In this document: piece by piece, positions 1 to 9,290 of the stretch
Numbering within the stretch: position 1 is the stretch's first letter
Layout of the letters: the number at the start of each line of letters is the position of its first letter
Assembly (NCBI GenBank): GCA_965248705.1
Contig: CBDFJY010000002.1
Location: forward strand, 1,322,980-1,386,979
Direction of reading: 5' to 3'
Length of the DNA: 64,000 nucleotides
DNA from: Acidimicrobiia bacterium
Lineage (GTDB): Bacteria > Actinomycetota > Acidimicrobiia > Spongiisociales > ZC4RG35
Program-made: the position numbers and the translations under genes
Notes under the pieces: generated by a model
Databases searched by the model: none
Told to the model about the DNA's origin: nothing
Seen by the model: the letters and a program-made list of their open reading frames with translations, nothing else

Positions 1-1186
1 GCTTGGCTTGCTCCAGTTCCCAGTACTCCACCTCGAACATGTCCCCCTCGGGTAGAGCGACATACCCGCCCAGATGATCCTCGGCCCGCACCAGGGTGGT
101 GATGGTGTGGTGATAGATGTCCGAAGCTATCCCCGCCGCCGACGCGTTGGCGCCGATCGCCAGCATCCCGATCTCGGGATCGAGCACCACCCGGGGCGCC
201 GGATCCAGCATGGTCGTCTCGCCGCGCGCCCGGCCCAGGTTGCGCTGGTAGTAGCTCCGGTAGTCATCGGCGTATCGGGCAATATCTCTGCCCACCATCG
301 GTGTCCGTTTGGTTCGGATGATGTGATCGGGGGTGAGCGGTCCTCGACTGGCCAGGGAGGCGAGGTCAGGACGGCGGACGAAGCGGGCCACCTCCGGACA
401 GGTATGGCGCACCGAGATCACAGGTTGTCCTACCGCCCGGGAGATCCCTGCTCTCAGGCGGGCCAACTCCACCGGGTCAACCCAACCGAGCGGCTCGCCT
501 TCCGCGGCCCGGTGCGGGGCGTGGATGTCCAGCCACCGGGCGGCGCGGGAGATAAGGTCCAGATGACGTTGATAGGCGTGTCTGGTAGTGGGCCCGTAGG
601 TGAACAGGCCGTGGTTCATGAGCACCATACCGCTCGAGGCATCCCCCCCATCTGGCCACATGTCCCGTACTTCTCGGGCCAGGTCGAAGCCGGGCATCAC
701 GTAGGGCACGATCATCACTCCCTTTCCCAGCACCTCTCGCACGCGGTCGACGCCATCGGCGAGATTGGTGAGGGTGACTATCACATCGGCGTGGCTGTGA
801 AGAACCGCCCGGTGGGGGATCAGGGCGTGGAGCAAGGACTCCACCGACGGCTGGGGAGCGGCCGGATCAAGCCGCGCCGCCGACAATTCCCGCATCATCT
901 CGGAGTCCGAGAGACTCTCCAGTTCCAGAAGTTGGCGCAGGCGATCAAGAGGCAGGGGAGCGAACCCGGCCTTCTCGATGCTGGCCAGATCCCATCCCGA
1001 CCCTTTCACCCACAGGGTTTCCACCTGCGCGCCGGTTATGTCTCGAAATGGCGCTTTCACCGAGGTGTTGCCCCCGCCGTGCAACACCAAAAACGGATCG
1101 GACCCCATCAGCCGGGAGCCGTACACACACTCGGCCAGGGGATCGGAATGACCCGAGGCTATTTCGTCGTTCCAAAGGTCCTTCAT
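1..1186 (-). CDS. bifunctional class II aldolase / short-chain dehydrogenase (rhamnulose-1-phosphate aldolase/alcohol dehydrogenase-like); 3' end cut by the window edge
   Basis: Manual minus-strand translation from the ATG at 1186..1184 (GGAGGAG RBS just upstream) gives MKDLWNDEIASGHSDPLAECVYGSRLMG..LVLHGGGNTSVK..MVLMNHGLFTYG, which carries class II aldolase/adducin motifs. It continues into a linker ..DPAPRVVLDPEIGMLAIGANASAAG. There is no stop before position 1, which explains its absence from the ORF track. The 387-aa plus-strand ORF 74..1237 is its antisense. Confidence 0.7.
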   Translation of the reverse strand, partial: MKDLWNDEIASGHSDPLAECVYGSRLMGSDPFLVLHGGGNTSVKAPFRDITGAQVETLWVKGSGWDLASIEKAGFAPLPLDRLRQLLELESLSDSEMMRELSAARLDPAAPQPSVESLLHALIPHRAVLHSHADVIVTLTNLADGVDRVREVLGKGVMIVPYVMPGFDLAREVRDMWPDGGDASSGMVLMNHGLFTYGPTTRHAYQRHLDLISRAARWLDIHAPHRAAEGEPLGWVDPVELARLRAGISRAVGQPVISVRHTCPEVARFVRRPDLASLASRGPLTPDHIIRTKRTPMVGRDIARYADDYRSYYQRNLGRARGETTMLDPAPRVVLDPEIGMLAIGANASAAGIASDIYHHTITTLVRAEDHLGGYVALPEGDMFEVEYWELEQAK

Positions 1187-1205
1187 CACCCTTCTCCTCC
1201 AGGAT

Positions 1206-1976
1206 TTAGTAGGGAGTGTCTCCGCCGTCGATGCTGATCGCCTGACCGCGGATGATCCCAGCATCGTCGGAGAGCAGGAAGGCGATCACCCGCCCCACTT
1301 CCACCGGCTTGATCTTCCGACCCAGTTGGGCAGGCCCCATCTGTCCCAGCAGTTCATCAGCGGGTACTCCCAAACGGGGAGATAGCCACTCCGCCACTCC
1401 GGCCAGCATGGGGGTGTCCACCCCACCGGGGCAAACCGCATTGACATTGATTTGATCTTCTGCCCATTCCATGGAAAGGGACCGAGTGAGTCCCAGAACT
1501 GCTGCCTTTGAAGCGTTGTAGGCAGCCATATTCGGATATCCGGCCTTGCCGCAGTTGGAACTCACGTTGACCACCGCCCCGCCCCCGTGTTCCCGCAGGT
1601 GGGCCCCTACCGCCTGAGCGAACACGAACGAGCCCGTGACGTTCACCTCCAACTGGCGGTTCCAATCAGACGCAGAGGCGTCCCAGGCGGTGTCAAGGAA
1701 CACCACCCCCGCGCAGTTCACCAGTCCATCCAGCCGCTCGAAACGCCCCAAGGTCTCTGCCACCACCCGCCGGGCATCGGTGGAGATGGTGACATCGGTT
1801 GCCAGGGCCAGTGTCCGGTCTCCGTCGGGGTCGACCTGTGAAGCCGCTTCCGAGGGAGTCTGCAGGTCCACCATCGCCACTCCCCGGGCGCCGTCCTCCA
1901 AGAGGGCTTGAGTGATGCCCCGGCCGATGCCTCCCCCCGCTCCGGTCACCACATATACACGATCGGCAAGTCTCAT
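1206..1976 (-). CDS. short-chain dehydrogenase/reductase (SDR)
   Basis: N-terminal VVTGAGGGIGRG Rossmann motif and an NASKAA (YxxxK) catalytic region. The ORF is 256 aa, and its stop lies 20 nt upstream of the next gene's start. Confidence 0.8.
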   Translation of the reverse strand: MRLADRVYVVTGAGGGIGRGITQALLEDGARGVAMVDLQTPSEAASQVDPDGDRTLALATDVTISTDARRVVAETLGRFERLDGLVNCAGVVFLDTAWDASASDWNRQLEVNVTGSFVFAQAVGAHLREHGGGAVVNVSSNCGKAGYPNMAAYNASKAAVLGLTRSLSMEWAEDQINVNAVCPGGVDTPMLAGVAEWLSPRLGVPADELLGQMGPAQLGRKIKPVEVGRVIAFLLSDDAGIIRGQAISIDGGDTPY

Positions 1977-1989
1977 TGCTGTGTTCCTC

Positions 1990-2760
1990 TCACCAGGTGG
2001 GATGGGCCAGGACGCCGCCGTCCACCACCAGGTTGGCGCCGGTGATCCACCGCGCCAGGGGTGACACCAAAAACAGACAGGCGTCCGCCACGTCCTCGGG
2101 GGTTCCCAGTCTGGTCAGAGGAGCGGCGGCCTGCCAGCGGGCCACTCCCTCGGGCCACTGCTCTTCGAGCCCTTGGCGATGGATCAACCCCGGTGACACC
2201 GCGTTGACCCGAATTCCGTGGCTCCCGTACTCCAGGGCGGCCGCCCGGGCGTGCATGATCAACCCGGCTTTGGTGACTGCATAATGGCCGTGGAAGGCGG
2301 CTGGCTGGCTGCCTTCTATGGAGGCGATGTGGATCACCGAGCCCGGAGAGCCGCGCGAGATGAGATGGTCCGCCACGGCCTGGGTGAGACGATGCACTGC
2401 GGTCAGATTGGTGTCCACCATCACCCGCCACTCCTCTTCGTCCATCTCCGGCATGGAGGCCAAGGTCTGGACCGCGGCGTTGTTAACCACCGCGTCGAGT
2501 TTGCCGAAGGAGGCTACGGCGGCCTCCATCACCCGGCACGGTCCTTCAGGGTCCCGTAGATCAGCGGTGATTTCTGAAGCAGGACCGGGCAGGGAGTGCA
2601 CCAGCGGCCCAAGATCGGTGGTGCGGGTGTGGGCCACGACCGATGCGCCGGCCTCGGAGAATCGACGGGCTATACCCTGGCCGATTCCCCCTCCCGCTCC
2701 GGTGACGGCCACCACCATCCCGGAGAGGTCGAGCATGGCCGAGGGTGAGGGAAGCGTCAT
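1990..2760 (-). CDS. short-chain dehydrogenase/reductase (SDR)
   Basis: The ORF 1990..3153 contains MTLPSPSAMLDLSGMVVAVTGAGGGIGQGIA, an SDR glycine motif. The long upstream extension is Arg/Pro-rich junk. I trimmed the start to the ATG near 2760 (MTLPS..), or alternatively 2738 (MLDLS..). Confidence 0.7.
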   Translation of the reverse strand: MTLPSPSAMLDLSGMVVAVTGAGGGIGQGIARRFSEAGASVVAHTRTTDLGPLVHSLPGPASEITADLRDPEGPCRVMEAAVASFGKLDAVVNNAAVQTLASMPEMDEEEWRVMVDTNLTAVHRLTQAVADHLISRGSPGSVIHIASIEGSQPAAFHGHYAVTKAGLIMHARAAALEYGSHGIRVNAVSPGLIHRQGLEEQWPEGVARWQAAAPLTRLGTPEDVADACLFLVSPLARWITGANLVVDGGVLAHPTW

Positions 2761-3215
2761 GGGAGGGGACGGTCGCGGGTGAGTTCGCAAATCCGGGTCC
2801 CTGCCTCGGGGTACCGGTGGGCCAGGTGAGCGCTGTCTCCCAGTTCGAAGCCGTCGGGATTCCAGGCCGGCGCCATGGTGGTTCCCACCAGGCTCCAGTC
2901 TCCCAGCGTGGAGGCTCCCATCCATACCCCTGCGGGCACCGTCACGCAGGGTCGCTGGCCTTCTGCCAGTTCCTTTCCCAGGATGGGCCGGTCGACCGAG
3001 CCGTTGGGATGGAGCAGCAGCATGCTGGCGGGGGCGCCCAGGTAGTGATGCCAGATCTCGGGCGCGTCCAGGCGGTGCAAGGCGGAGAAATCGCCGGGTC
3101 GCATCAGAAAGTAGATGGCGCTTCCGTGTTCGTCGAGCCAGGTTTGAGCCCACATCCCACCCTCTTCCGGCATGGGCTCCAAGCCCAATAAAGTGATGAC
3201 TTTGTCGGCGTTCAT
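2757..3215 (-). CDS. cupin-fold protein (DUF985-like)
   Basis: Translation MNADKVITLLGLEPMPEEGGMWAQTWLDEHGSAIYFLM..HRLDAPEIWHHYLGAP matches the DUF985/cupin signature HRLxxDEIWH. Its start overlaps the preceding gene's stop and its stop overlaps the next gene's start. Confidence 0.6.
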   Translation of the reverse strand: MNADKVITLLGLEPMPEEGGMWAQTWLDEHGSAIYFLMRPGDFSALHRLDAPEIWHHYLGAPASMLLLHPNGSVDRPILGKELAEGQRPCVTVPAGVWMGASTLGDWSLVGTTMAPAWNPDGFELGDSAHLAHRYPEAGTRICELTRDRPLP

Positions 3216-4528
3216 CCCGTCGCCAGGCGGGCGGCGCGCCGGGAGATATCTACCGGGGACGCTTCGACGTCCACCGTCAGCACCTTGCCCTCCGACATCA
3301 CCCGCCTTCCCCCCACCCACGAGGAGTGAACTGCGGCTGGAGAACCCGACCAGACCAGGCGGGAGATGAGATCATCCTCTTCGGGGATCACCGGGCCGAA
3401 GGCGGGGTCGGTGGTGGAGACGGCGATCATGTCGGCCGGATTCCCGGGGGAAAGCCTGCCCAGGTCGGGCCGGTCTATGGCGGCGGCCGCTTCCTTGGTG
3501 ACCATCGCCAGGGCGTCATGGGGCAGGAGAGCAGCGGCGTCATGTGAACGGATGCGGGCCAGGCGCAGGGCCATCCGCATCTCCTCGAACATGTCCAGGC
3601 GATGGTGCGATGCCGGTCCGTCGGTGGCGATGCCCACCGGAATCCCGGCCTTTCGCATCTCGGCCACCGGGGCGATGCCCGAGGCGTGCTTGCCGTTGGA
3701 GCAGGGACAGTGGGCCACTCCCGCTCCCGCCTCGGCCAGGATGGCGATGTCGTCGGGTGAGATCCACACCGAATGGGCGGCCATCGTCGGTGAATCCAGG
3801 ATGCCCACCTTCGCCAGGTAGGCGGTTGCCGACATTCCGGTCTGCTTCCTTACCGCCTCCACCTCCCATTCCTGTTCGTCGACATGGATGTGGATCAACA
3901 TTCCGTTGGCGGCCGCCGCATCGGCCACCCCCTGCATGCACCGCTCCGAGAGGGAATACACGGCGTGGGGGCCGATTCCTATCTGGATGAGGTCGCTTCC
4001 CTGCCAATCCTTGGCCATTTCGGTCATCTGATGCAACTGGTCCTGCCAGGCGCCGAACCTGCTCAGCTGGGCGTCTTCGATGAGAGGGGCGGTTACCACG
4101 CACCGCAAACCGGCTCGCACCGCACCCGCCGCCACTGCCTGGCCGTAGAAATACATCTCCATCGAAGTGGTTACCCCACCGGCCAGCAGTTCCGCAGCGC
4201 CGGCCATCATTCCCATCTCCACGTCCTCGGGGGTGAGACGGGCCTCCCGCGGCCACATGACCTCGTGCAGCCACCGGTCCACCGGAAGGTCCTCCCCGGC
4301 GCCCCGCAGCAGCACCATGGGAGTGTGGCAGTGGATGTTCACCATGCCGGGCAGGACCACCCCCTCCACCCGCTCGATGGTTGCGTCTTCCCGAGCCGGC
4401 GCGTCTTCGGCCTTCCCCACCCATGTCACTTTGCTTTCTTCCACATCCACGGCGCCCGGCGAGAAAATGGACTCCTCGGCGTCCACCGGGATCAGGTGAT
4501 CCGCCAGATATCGATGCGTCTCGGTCAT
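3212..4528 (-). CDS. mtaD: amidohydrolase of the MtaD/SsnA deaminase family (5-methylthioadenosine/S-adenosylhomocysteine deaminase-like)
   Basis: Contains VNIHCHTPMVLLRGAGEDLPVDRWL (the metal-binding HxH motif and the MtaD-like loop). ..HIHVDEQEWE.. and ..IATDGPASHH.. are typical of the metal-dependent amidohydrolase superfamily. The start is trimmed to MTETHRYLADHLIPVD. Confidence 0.7.
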   Translation of the reverse strand: MTETHRYLADHLIPVDAEESIFSPGAVDVEESKVTWVGKAEDAPAREDATIERVEGVVLPGMVNIHCHTPMVLLRGAGEDLPVDRWLHEVMWPREARLTPEDVEMGMMAGAAELLAGGVTTSMEMYFYGQAVAAGAVRAGLRCVVTAPLIEDAQLSRFGAWQDQLHQMTEMAKDWQGSDLIQIGIGPHAVYSLSERCMQGVADAAAANGMLIHIHVDEQEWEVEAVRKQTGMSATAYLAKVGILDSPTMAAHSVWISPDDIAILAEAGAGVAHCPCSNGKHASGIAPVAEMRKAGIPVGIATDGPASHHRLDMFEEMRMALRLARIRSHDAAALLPHDALAMVTKEAAAAIDRPDLGRLSPGNPADMIAVSTTDPAFGPVIPEEDDLISRLVWSGSPAAVHSSWVGGRRVMSEGKVLTVDVEASPVDISRRAARLATG

Positions 4529-4548
4529 CCCCAATAGGCTAGGGCTCC

Positions 4549-5625
4549 ATGGAGCCGAAATCACAGGAGAGTTCCGTCGAAACGGTGGAGTGGGATGGCG
4601 AAGTCGTAAAGCTGATTGACCAGACTCGGCTCCCCCACCAACTGGTCATCCTGGAAATCTCGGATGTGCCGACTCTGGTGGCGGCTATCCAGCGGCTGTC
4701 GGTGCGGGGCGCTCCCGCTATCGGGGTAGCCGGCGCCTACGGGGTGGCCTTGGCGGTTCGCCACCACGGCACGCAGGGCCCCGAACTCGATGAGGCGATC
4801 GCCGCGCTCCGCTCGGCCCGCCCCACCGCTGTCAACCTGGCCAAGATGGTGGATCGGACGGCTGCTTTGGTGTCCCAGGGCTTGGAAAGGGTGCTGGACG
4901 AAGCCCACAACATCCGCGATGAGGAGCTGGCCGCCTCCATCTCCATGGGCGAATACGGAGCGGATCTGGCGGACGAGTTGATTGGCGAGGCGGCGGCGCG
5001 AACCATGACCATCTGCAACACCGGCGGGCTGGCCACGGTCGCCCGGGGGACGGCGCTGGCTGTCATCCAGACGCTTCACGAACGCGGACGCCTGGAGATG
5101 GCGCTCCCCGTCGAAACCCGTCCCCTCCTGCAGGGAGGGCGTCTCACCACCTGGGAACTGGCCCGGATGGGGGCGCCGTTCCGGCTGCTGGTGGACGGTG
5201 CCGGGCCGTTTCTCCTGGCCAGGGGAGAGGCCAATCTGGTGCTGGCCGGCGCCGACCGGATAGCCCGTAACGGCGATGTGGCCAACAAAATCGGCACTTT
5301 CAGCCTGGCGCTGGCCGCCCGCCACGCCGGGGTGCCGTTCATAGTGGTGGCTCCCGAGTCGACAGTCGATCTCGACACTCCGTCCGGCGCCGAAATAGAC
5401 ATAGAGGACCGGGGATCGAGGGAGGTGGTTTCCCTGGCGGGAGTGGACGTTGCGCCGCCCACCGCCGAGGCGCTGAACCCGGCCTTCGACATCACCCCCG
5501 CCGAATTCATCACCGCTATCGTTACTGATCGGCGGGTCATCAGGCCTCACCACGGCCAAACTCCCGAGAATGTCCCCTGGGGAGCGCTCAGGCGTTCCCG
5601 TGAGGGGGAGACAGCACCAAAATGA
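4549..5625 (+). CDS. mtnA: methylthioribose-1-phosphate isomerase / eIF-2B alpha-beta-delta family (MtnA-like)
   Basis: ..KLIDQTRLPHQLVILEISDVPTLVAAIQRLSVRGAPAIGVAGAYG.. and ..TICNTGGLAT..VLAGADRIARNGDVANKIGT.. are hallmarks of MtnA and the ribose-1,5-bisphosphate isomerase family. It is divergent from mtaD with a 20-bp gap. Confidence 0.75.
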   Translation: MEPKSQESSVETVEWDGEVVKLIDQTRLPHQLVILEISDVPTLVAAIQRLSVRGAPAIGVAGAYGVALAVRHHGTQGPELDEAIAALRSARPTAVNLAKMVDRTAALVSQGLERVLDEAHNIRDEELAASISMGEYGADLADELIGEAAARTMTICNTGGLATVARGTALAVIQTLHERGRLEMALPVETRPLLQGGRLTTWELARMGAPFRLLVDGAGPFLLARGEANLVLAGADRIARNGDVANKIGTFSLALAARHAGVPFIVVAPESTVDLDTPSGAEIDIEDRGSREVVSLAGVDVAPPTAEALNPAFDITPAEFITAIVTDRRVIRPHHGQTPENVPWGALRRSREGETAPK

Positions 5626-5640
5626 GAAGGAGAAAGCGAC

Positions 5641-6672
5641 ATGAGAAACCGAAGAGTGGTTCTGGGAATCACAGTCATGCTGGCCCTTGCCTTGTTGGCC
5701 TCGGCCTGCGCCGAAGAAGAAGAAGCCGCACCCGACGGCCCGAGTTTGATCTATGTAACCCCCAATCCGATTGGCGTTAACAAGTTCCTGGAACTGGGCC
5801 AAGTCGGCACCCAGCGGGTGGCCGAGGAAATGGGAGGGTCTTGGAAAACCTTTGAGTCGACCAACGACTCCGACCGGCGCGCCAACGTCGAGGCCGCCAT
5901 TGACGAGGCGCCCGACGTGGTGGTGCTCACCACCTTCACACTCCTCGAGTTGGCCGACGAAGTTTCCAAGGCCAATCCCGATCAGCAGTTCATTCTGATC
6001 GACGCCTGTCCCAACGAGCCTGCCGCCAACCTGCACTGCGGGGTTTTCCGGGAGCACGAAGGGGCCTACCTGCTGGGCATCATGGCGGGCCGTCTCAGCC
6101 AGGCCAAGCAGATAGGCTCGGTAGTGGCGCTGGACATTCCGTTCCTGCACCGCTGGTCCGACAGCTTCGCGCTGGGCGCCCAGAGCATCGATCCTTCCAT
6201 TACCGACACGCAAGTGTTCATCGGTGGCGACAATCCCTTCTCCGATCCGGCTCGCGCCAAGGAACAGGCGTTGGCGGTGGCGGCGCGCGGCGCCGATCAC
6301 ATCTTCGCAGTGGGCGCCGGGTCCAACGGCGGCATTTTCGAAGCCGCCCAGCAGGAGGGCTTCTTGAGCTATGGTGTGGATATCAACCAGTGCCCGGACG
6401 CTCCGGGAAGCATCGTTGACAACAACCTGAAGCTGGTGGATGTCCTGGTCGAACAGTTAGCGAAGCAGGTGCTGGACGGAACGGCCGGCTCGGTGGTGGC
6501 CTTCGGTCTGGCCGAGGGCGGCACCGGTGTGGTGGCCCTCTTCTCCGATGACGAACTAGCAGCAAGCGAGTGTGTGATTGCCGACCATCCCGATATCGTG
6601 GCCGAGGTCCGCGCCGCCCGGGACGCCATCGTGGCAGGCGACATCGTAGTCCCCGACCCCCTGTTCGGTTGA
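5641..6672 (+). CDS. BMP-family ABC transporter substrate-binding lipoprotein (nucleoside-binding PnrA-like)
   Basis: Lipoprotein signal peptide MRNRRVVLGITVMLALALLASAC, where LASAC is the lipobox. BMP/PnrA-like body. It is immediately followed by the ATPase and two permeases. Confidence 0.75.
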   Translation: MRNRRVVLGITVMLALALLASACAEEEEAAPDGPSLIYVTPNPIGVNKFLELGQVGTQRVAEEMGGSWKTFESTNDSDRRANVEAAIDEAPDVVVLTTFTLLELADEVSKANPDQQFILIDACPNEPAANLHCGVFREHEGAYLLGIMAGRLSQAKQIGSVVALDIPFLHRWSDSFALGAQSIDPSITDTQVFIGGDNPFSDPARAKEQALAVAARGADHIFAVGAGSNGGIFEAAQQEGFLSYGVDINQCPDAPGSIVDNNLKLVDVLVEQLAKQVLDGTAGSVVAFGLAEGGTGVVALFSDDELAASECVIADHPDIVAEVRAARDAIVAGDIVVPDPLFG

Positions 6673-6679
6673 TGACTTC

Positions 6680-8203
6680 TTGACCTTCGAGCTGGAGCTC
6701 CGCGGAATAACCAAGCGGTTCCCCGGCGTCGTTGCCAACGACGCGGTGGACTTGGCGGTGCGGCCCGGAGATATCCACGCCATTGTCGGCGAGAACGGGG
6801 CAGGCAAGACCACCCTGATGTCGTTGCTCTACGGACTGTTCCCCCCCGACGAGGGAGAGATCCTCATCAGGGGGGAACCGGTCCGTTTCTCATCGGCGTT
6901 GGACGCCATCGGGGCCGGGCTGGGCATGGTCCATCAGTCATTCAAACTGTTCCCGACCCTGAGCGTGGCCGACAATGTGGTGTTCCGCCAGGAACCCACC
7001 CGTGGCGGGCTCATCGACCGAGCAGCCAGCGCCGTCCGGGTCCGGGATCTGGCCGACCGGTACGGCTTGGCGGTGGATCCCGAGGCAGCGGTGGAGGATC
7101 TCCCGGTGGGAGTACTGCAGCGGGTAGAGATACTGAAGGCTCTCTACCGGGACGCGCAGGTCCTCATTCTGGATGAGCCCACCGCGGTGCTCACCCCCCA
7201 GGAACGGGACCAGCTGTTCGAGGTTATCCGGAGACTGCGTGACGCGGGGCGAACGATTCTCTTCATCACCCACAAGCTGGGGGAGGTGATGGCGATCTCC
7301 GACCGAGTGACCGTACTCCGCAACGGTCGGTCGGTGGCCAACCTGGTGACCGCCCAGACCAACCCGACCGAGATAACCTTGCATATGACCGGCCGGGCGG
7401 TCGACTTGCATCGGAGGGCCCCCGAACACGAGCCCGACCGGGTCGTGCTCGAGGTGGAGAGTCTCACCGTGCTGGGCGGCCATGGGCGGCCGGTAGTGGA
7501 TGACGCTAACTTCGAGGTGAGATCGGGGGAGATAGTGGGAATAGCCGGGGTGGCGGGAAACGGCCAGAGCGAGTTGATCGAGGCGCTCTGCGGGCTGCGG
7601 GAGGCGGCCTTTGGCTCGGTGACCCTATCGGGTAAGGACATCACCGGTGTCGACGTGGCCGGACGGCGAGATGCCGGACTGGCATACATACCCGAGGATC
7701 GCTACGGGGTGGGTACCACCCGTCAGGCATCGGTCTCCGAGAACCTCCTGATGGGTCATCACCGGAGAACGAAGGTCCAGCGTAAGGGCTGGTTCGACCG
7801 CCGCGCGGTCACCGAACTCACCCGACGGCTGGTGGAGGTGTTCGGGATCAAGGTGGGTTCGGTATCAGATCCGGTTTCAACGCTCTCGGGCGGGAACCTG
7901 CAGAAGGTGGTGGTGGCTCGGGAGATGGAATACGGTTCGCCGCTCCTCATCGCCGAGCAGCCCACCCGCGGACTCGACATCGGCGCCATCGAGTTCGTTC
8001 ACAGCCAGTTAGTGGATTACCGGGACCAGGGCGGAGCGGTGCTGATGGTGTCGGCCGAATTGTCGGAGATCCTAGCGCTGAGCACCCGCATCCTGGTGAT
8101 GTTCGAGGGGCGCATCGTGGCGAGTCTTGATCCCCGTAGCGTCGCCGAGCCCGAGATCGGCCTTTACATGACCGGAGCGCACCTAGAGGCAGCGGTTGCT
8201 TAA
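6680..8203 (+). CDS. ABC transporter ATP-binding protein with duplicated ATPase domains (nucleoside/sugar type)
   Basis: GENGAGKTTLMS (Walker A) in the first half and a second NBD (GVAGNGQSEL) in the second half. LSGGNLQKV signature motifs are present. Confidence 0.85.
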   Translation: MTFELELRGITKRFPGVVANDAVDLAVRPGDIHAIVGENGAGKTTLMSLLYGLFPPDEGEILIRGEPVRFSSALDAIGAGLGMVHQSFKLFPTLSVADNVVFRQEPTRGGLIDRAASAVRVRDLADRYGLAVDPEAAVEDLPVGVLQRVEILKALYRDAQVLILDEPTAVLTPQERDQLFEVIRRLRDAGRTILFITHKLGEVMAISDRVTVLRNGRSVANLVTAQTNPTEITLHMTGRAVDLHRRAPEHEPDRVVLEVESLTVLGGHGRPVVDDANFEVRSGEIVGIAGVAGNGQSELIEALCGLREAAFGSVTLSGKDITGVDVAGRRDAGLAYIPEDRYGVGTTRQASVSENLLMGHHRRTKVQRKGWFDRRAVTELTRRLVEVFGIKVGSVSDPVSTLSGGNLQKVVVAREMEYGSPLLIAEQPTRGLDIGAIEFVHSQLVDYRDQGGAVLMVSAELSEILALSTRILVMFEGRIVASLDPRSVAEPEIGLYMTGAHLEAAVA

Positions 8204-9290
8204 GCGGTTCCTGGACGAACTCCGGAGTATGAGCCAACGGGCGTTGGTGAGTCCGGTGACCTTCTCGTTGCTCTTTGCCTTTGCTCTGGCCGCCGCCATT
8301 GTGGCTGTCACCGGTGGTGATCCCCTGGCGGCGGGGGAGGAGATGTTCACCGGGGCGGTCACCGGCTCCGGGCTGCGCAACACCCTGGGCCGAGCGATCC
8401 CGATAGTGGGTATGGCCCTGGCGGTCTCTATCGCCTTTCGATCGGGAATCATCAATCTGGGGGGAGAGGGTCAGATGGTGATCGGCGGGCTGGCAGGGAC
8501 GATCGTGGCCATATACGTGCCGGGTCCGGGGATTCTGATCGTCCCCCTGGCGATGCTCACAGGAGCCGTGGTGGGCGCCCTGTGGGCGCTCCTCCCCGCC
8601 TACGGTCAGACCAGGCTTCGTCTTCCCATTCTCATCACCACCCTGCTCCTCAATTACGTGGCCCGCGCCATCACCGGATACCTGGTGCGGTTCCCGCTGG
8701 CCGACGTTTCGGTCACTCTGGCGACCACCCGCCAGGTTCCCGAGTCCGCCCGCATGCCCAAGATGCCGGTCTTCGGAGGAGTCAGCCTGTCGCTGATTCT
8801 TGTCATATTGCTGGTGGTGCTTCTCTGGATGGTGTACACCCGCACCGTGGCTGGCTACGAGACGCAGATGGCAGGCTTCAACATGCGCTCCGCCCGCTAC
8901 GGGGGCATCGATGTGGAGCAGCGCACAGTACAGGTGATGGTGGTGGGCGGGGCGATCGGGGGACTGATCGGGACCCATCTCATCATCGGCGAGGCGATTC
9001 GTTACATCGACGGCGAGTTGGTGCTGAGCGGCTTTGCCTGGACCGGTCTCCTGGTCGCCCTCTTGGCGGTGAACCGGCCCATTCCCATTTTCATTACGGG
9101 GCTCTTCTTCTCGGGTCTTCAGATCGGCGGGCTGGCGATGCAGCGGAACGCCGGCGTGTCGTGGCGCCTATCGCAGGTGTTGCAGGCGGTGGTGATCGTG
9201 GCGGTGGCTTGTCGACTTGCCATCCGAAGGGGTGAGCGGCGCCAGGCCGAGCCAGGGGAAGCCGAAGCGGCGGGGGTGGGGGAGGTCTGA
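8196..9290 (+). CDS. ABC transporter permease
   Basis: Polytopic hydrophobic protein. Its start overlaps the ATPase stop, which is classic operon coupling. Confidence 0.75.
   Translation: MLKRFLDELRSMSQRALVSPVTFSLLFAFALAAAIVAVTGGDPLAAGEEMFTGAVTGSGLRNTLGRAIPIVGMALAVSIAFRSGIINLGGEGQMVIGGLAGTIVAIYVPGPGILIVPLAMLTGAVVGALWALLPAYGQTRLRLPILITTLLLNYVARAITGYLVRFPLADVSVTLATTRQVPESARMPKMPVFGGVSLSLILVILLVVLLWMVYTRTVAGYETQMAGFNMRSARYGGIDVEQRTVQVMVVGGAIGGLIGTHLIIGEAIRYIDGELVLSGFAWTGLLVALLAVNRPIPIFITGLFFSGLQIGGLAMQRNAGVSWRLSQVLQAVVIVAVACRLAIRRGERRQAEPGEAEAAGVGEV

Noticed and set aside
74-1237. 387-aa plus-strand ORF at the window start
   Set aside because: Gly/Arg/His/Pro-rich antisense-type composition. 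The opposite strand encodes a convincing class II aldolase/SDR fusion whose stop lies beyond position 1, so the plus ORF is a high-GC antisense artifact.
3540-4424. 294-aa minus ORF and several plus ORFs inside the amidohydrolase gene
   Set aside because: Alternative frames and antisense of the MtaD-like gene, which has clear HxH and amidohydrolase motifs in its own frame.
4561-6300. 579-aa minus-strand ORF overlapping mtnA and the BMP lipoprotein gene
   Set aside because: Arg/Gly/Pro-rich with no motifs. It lies antisense to two well-supported plus-strand genes.
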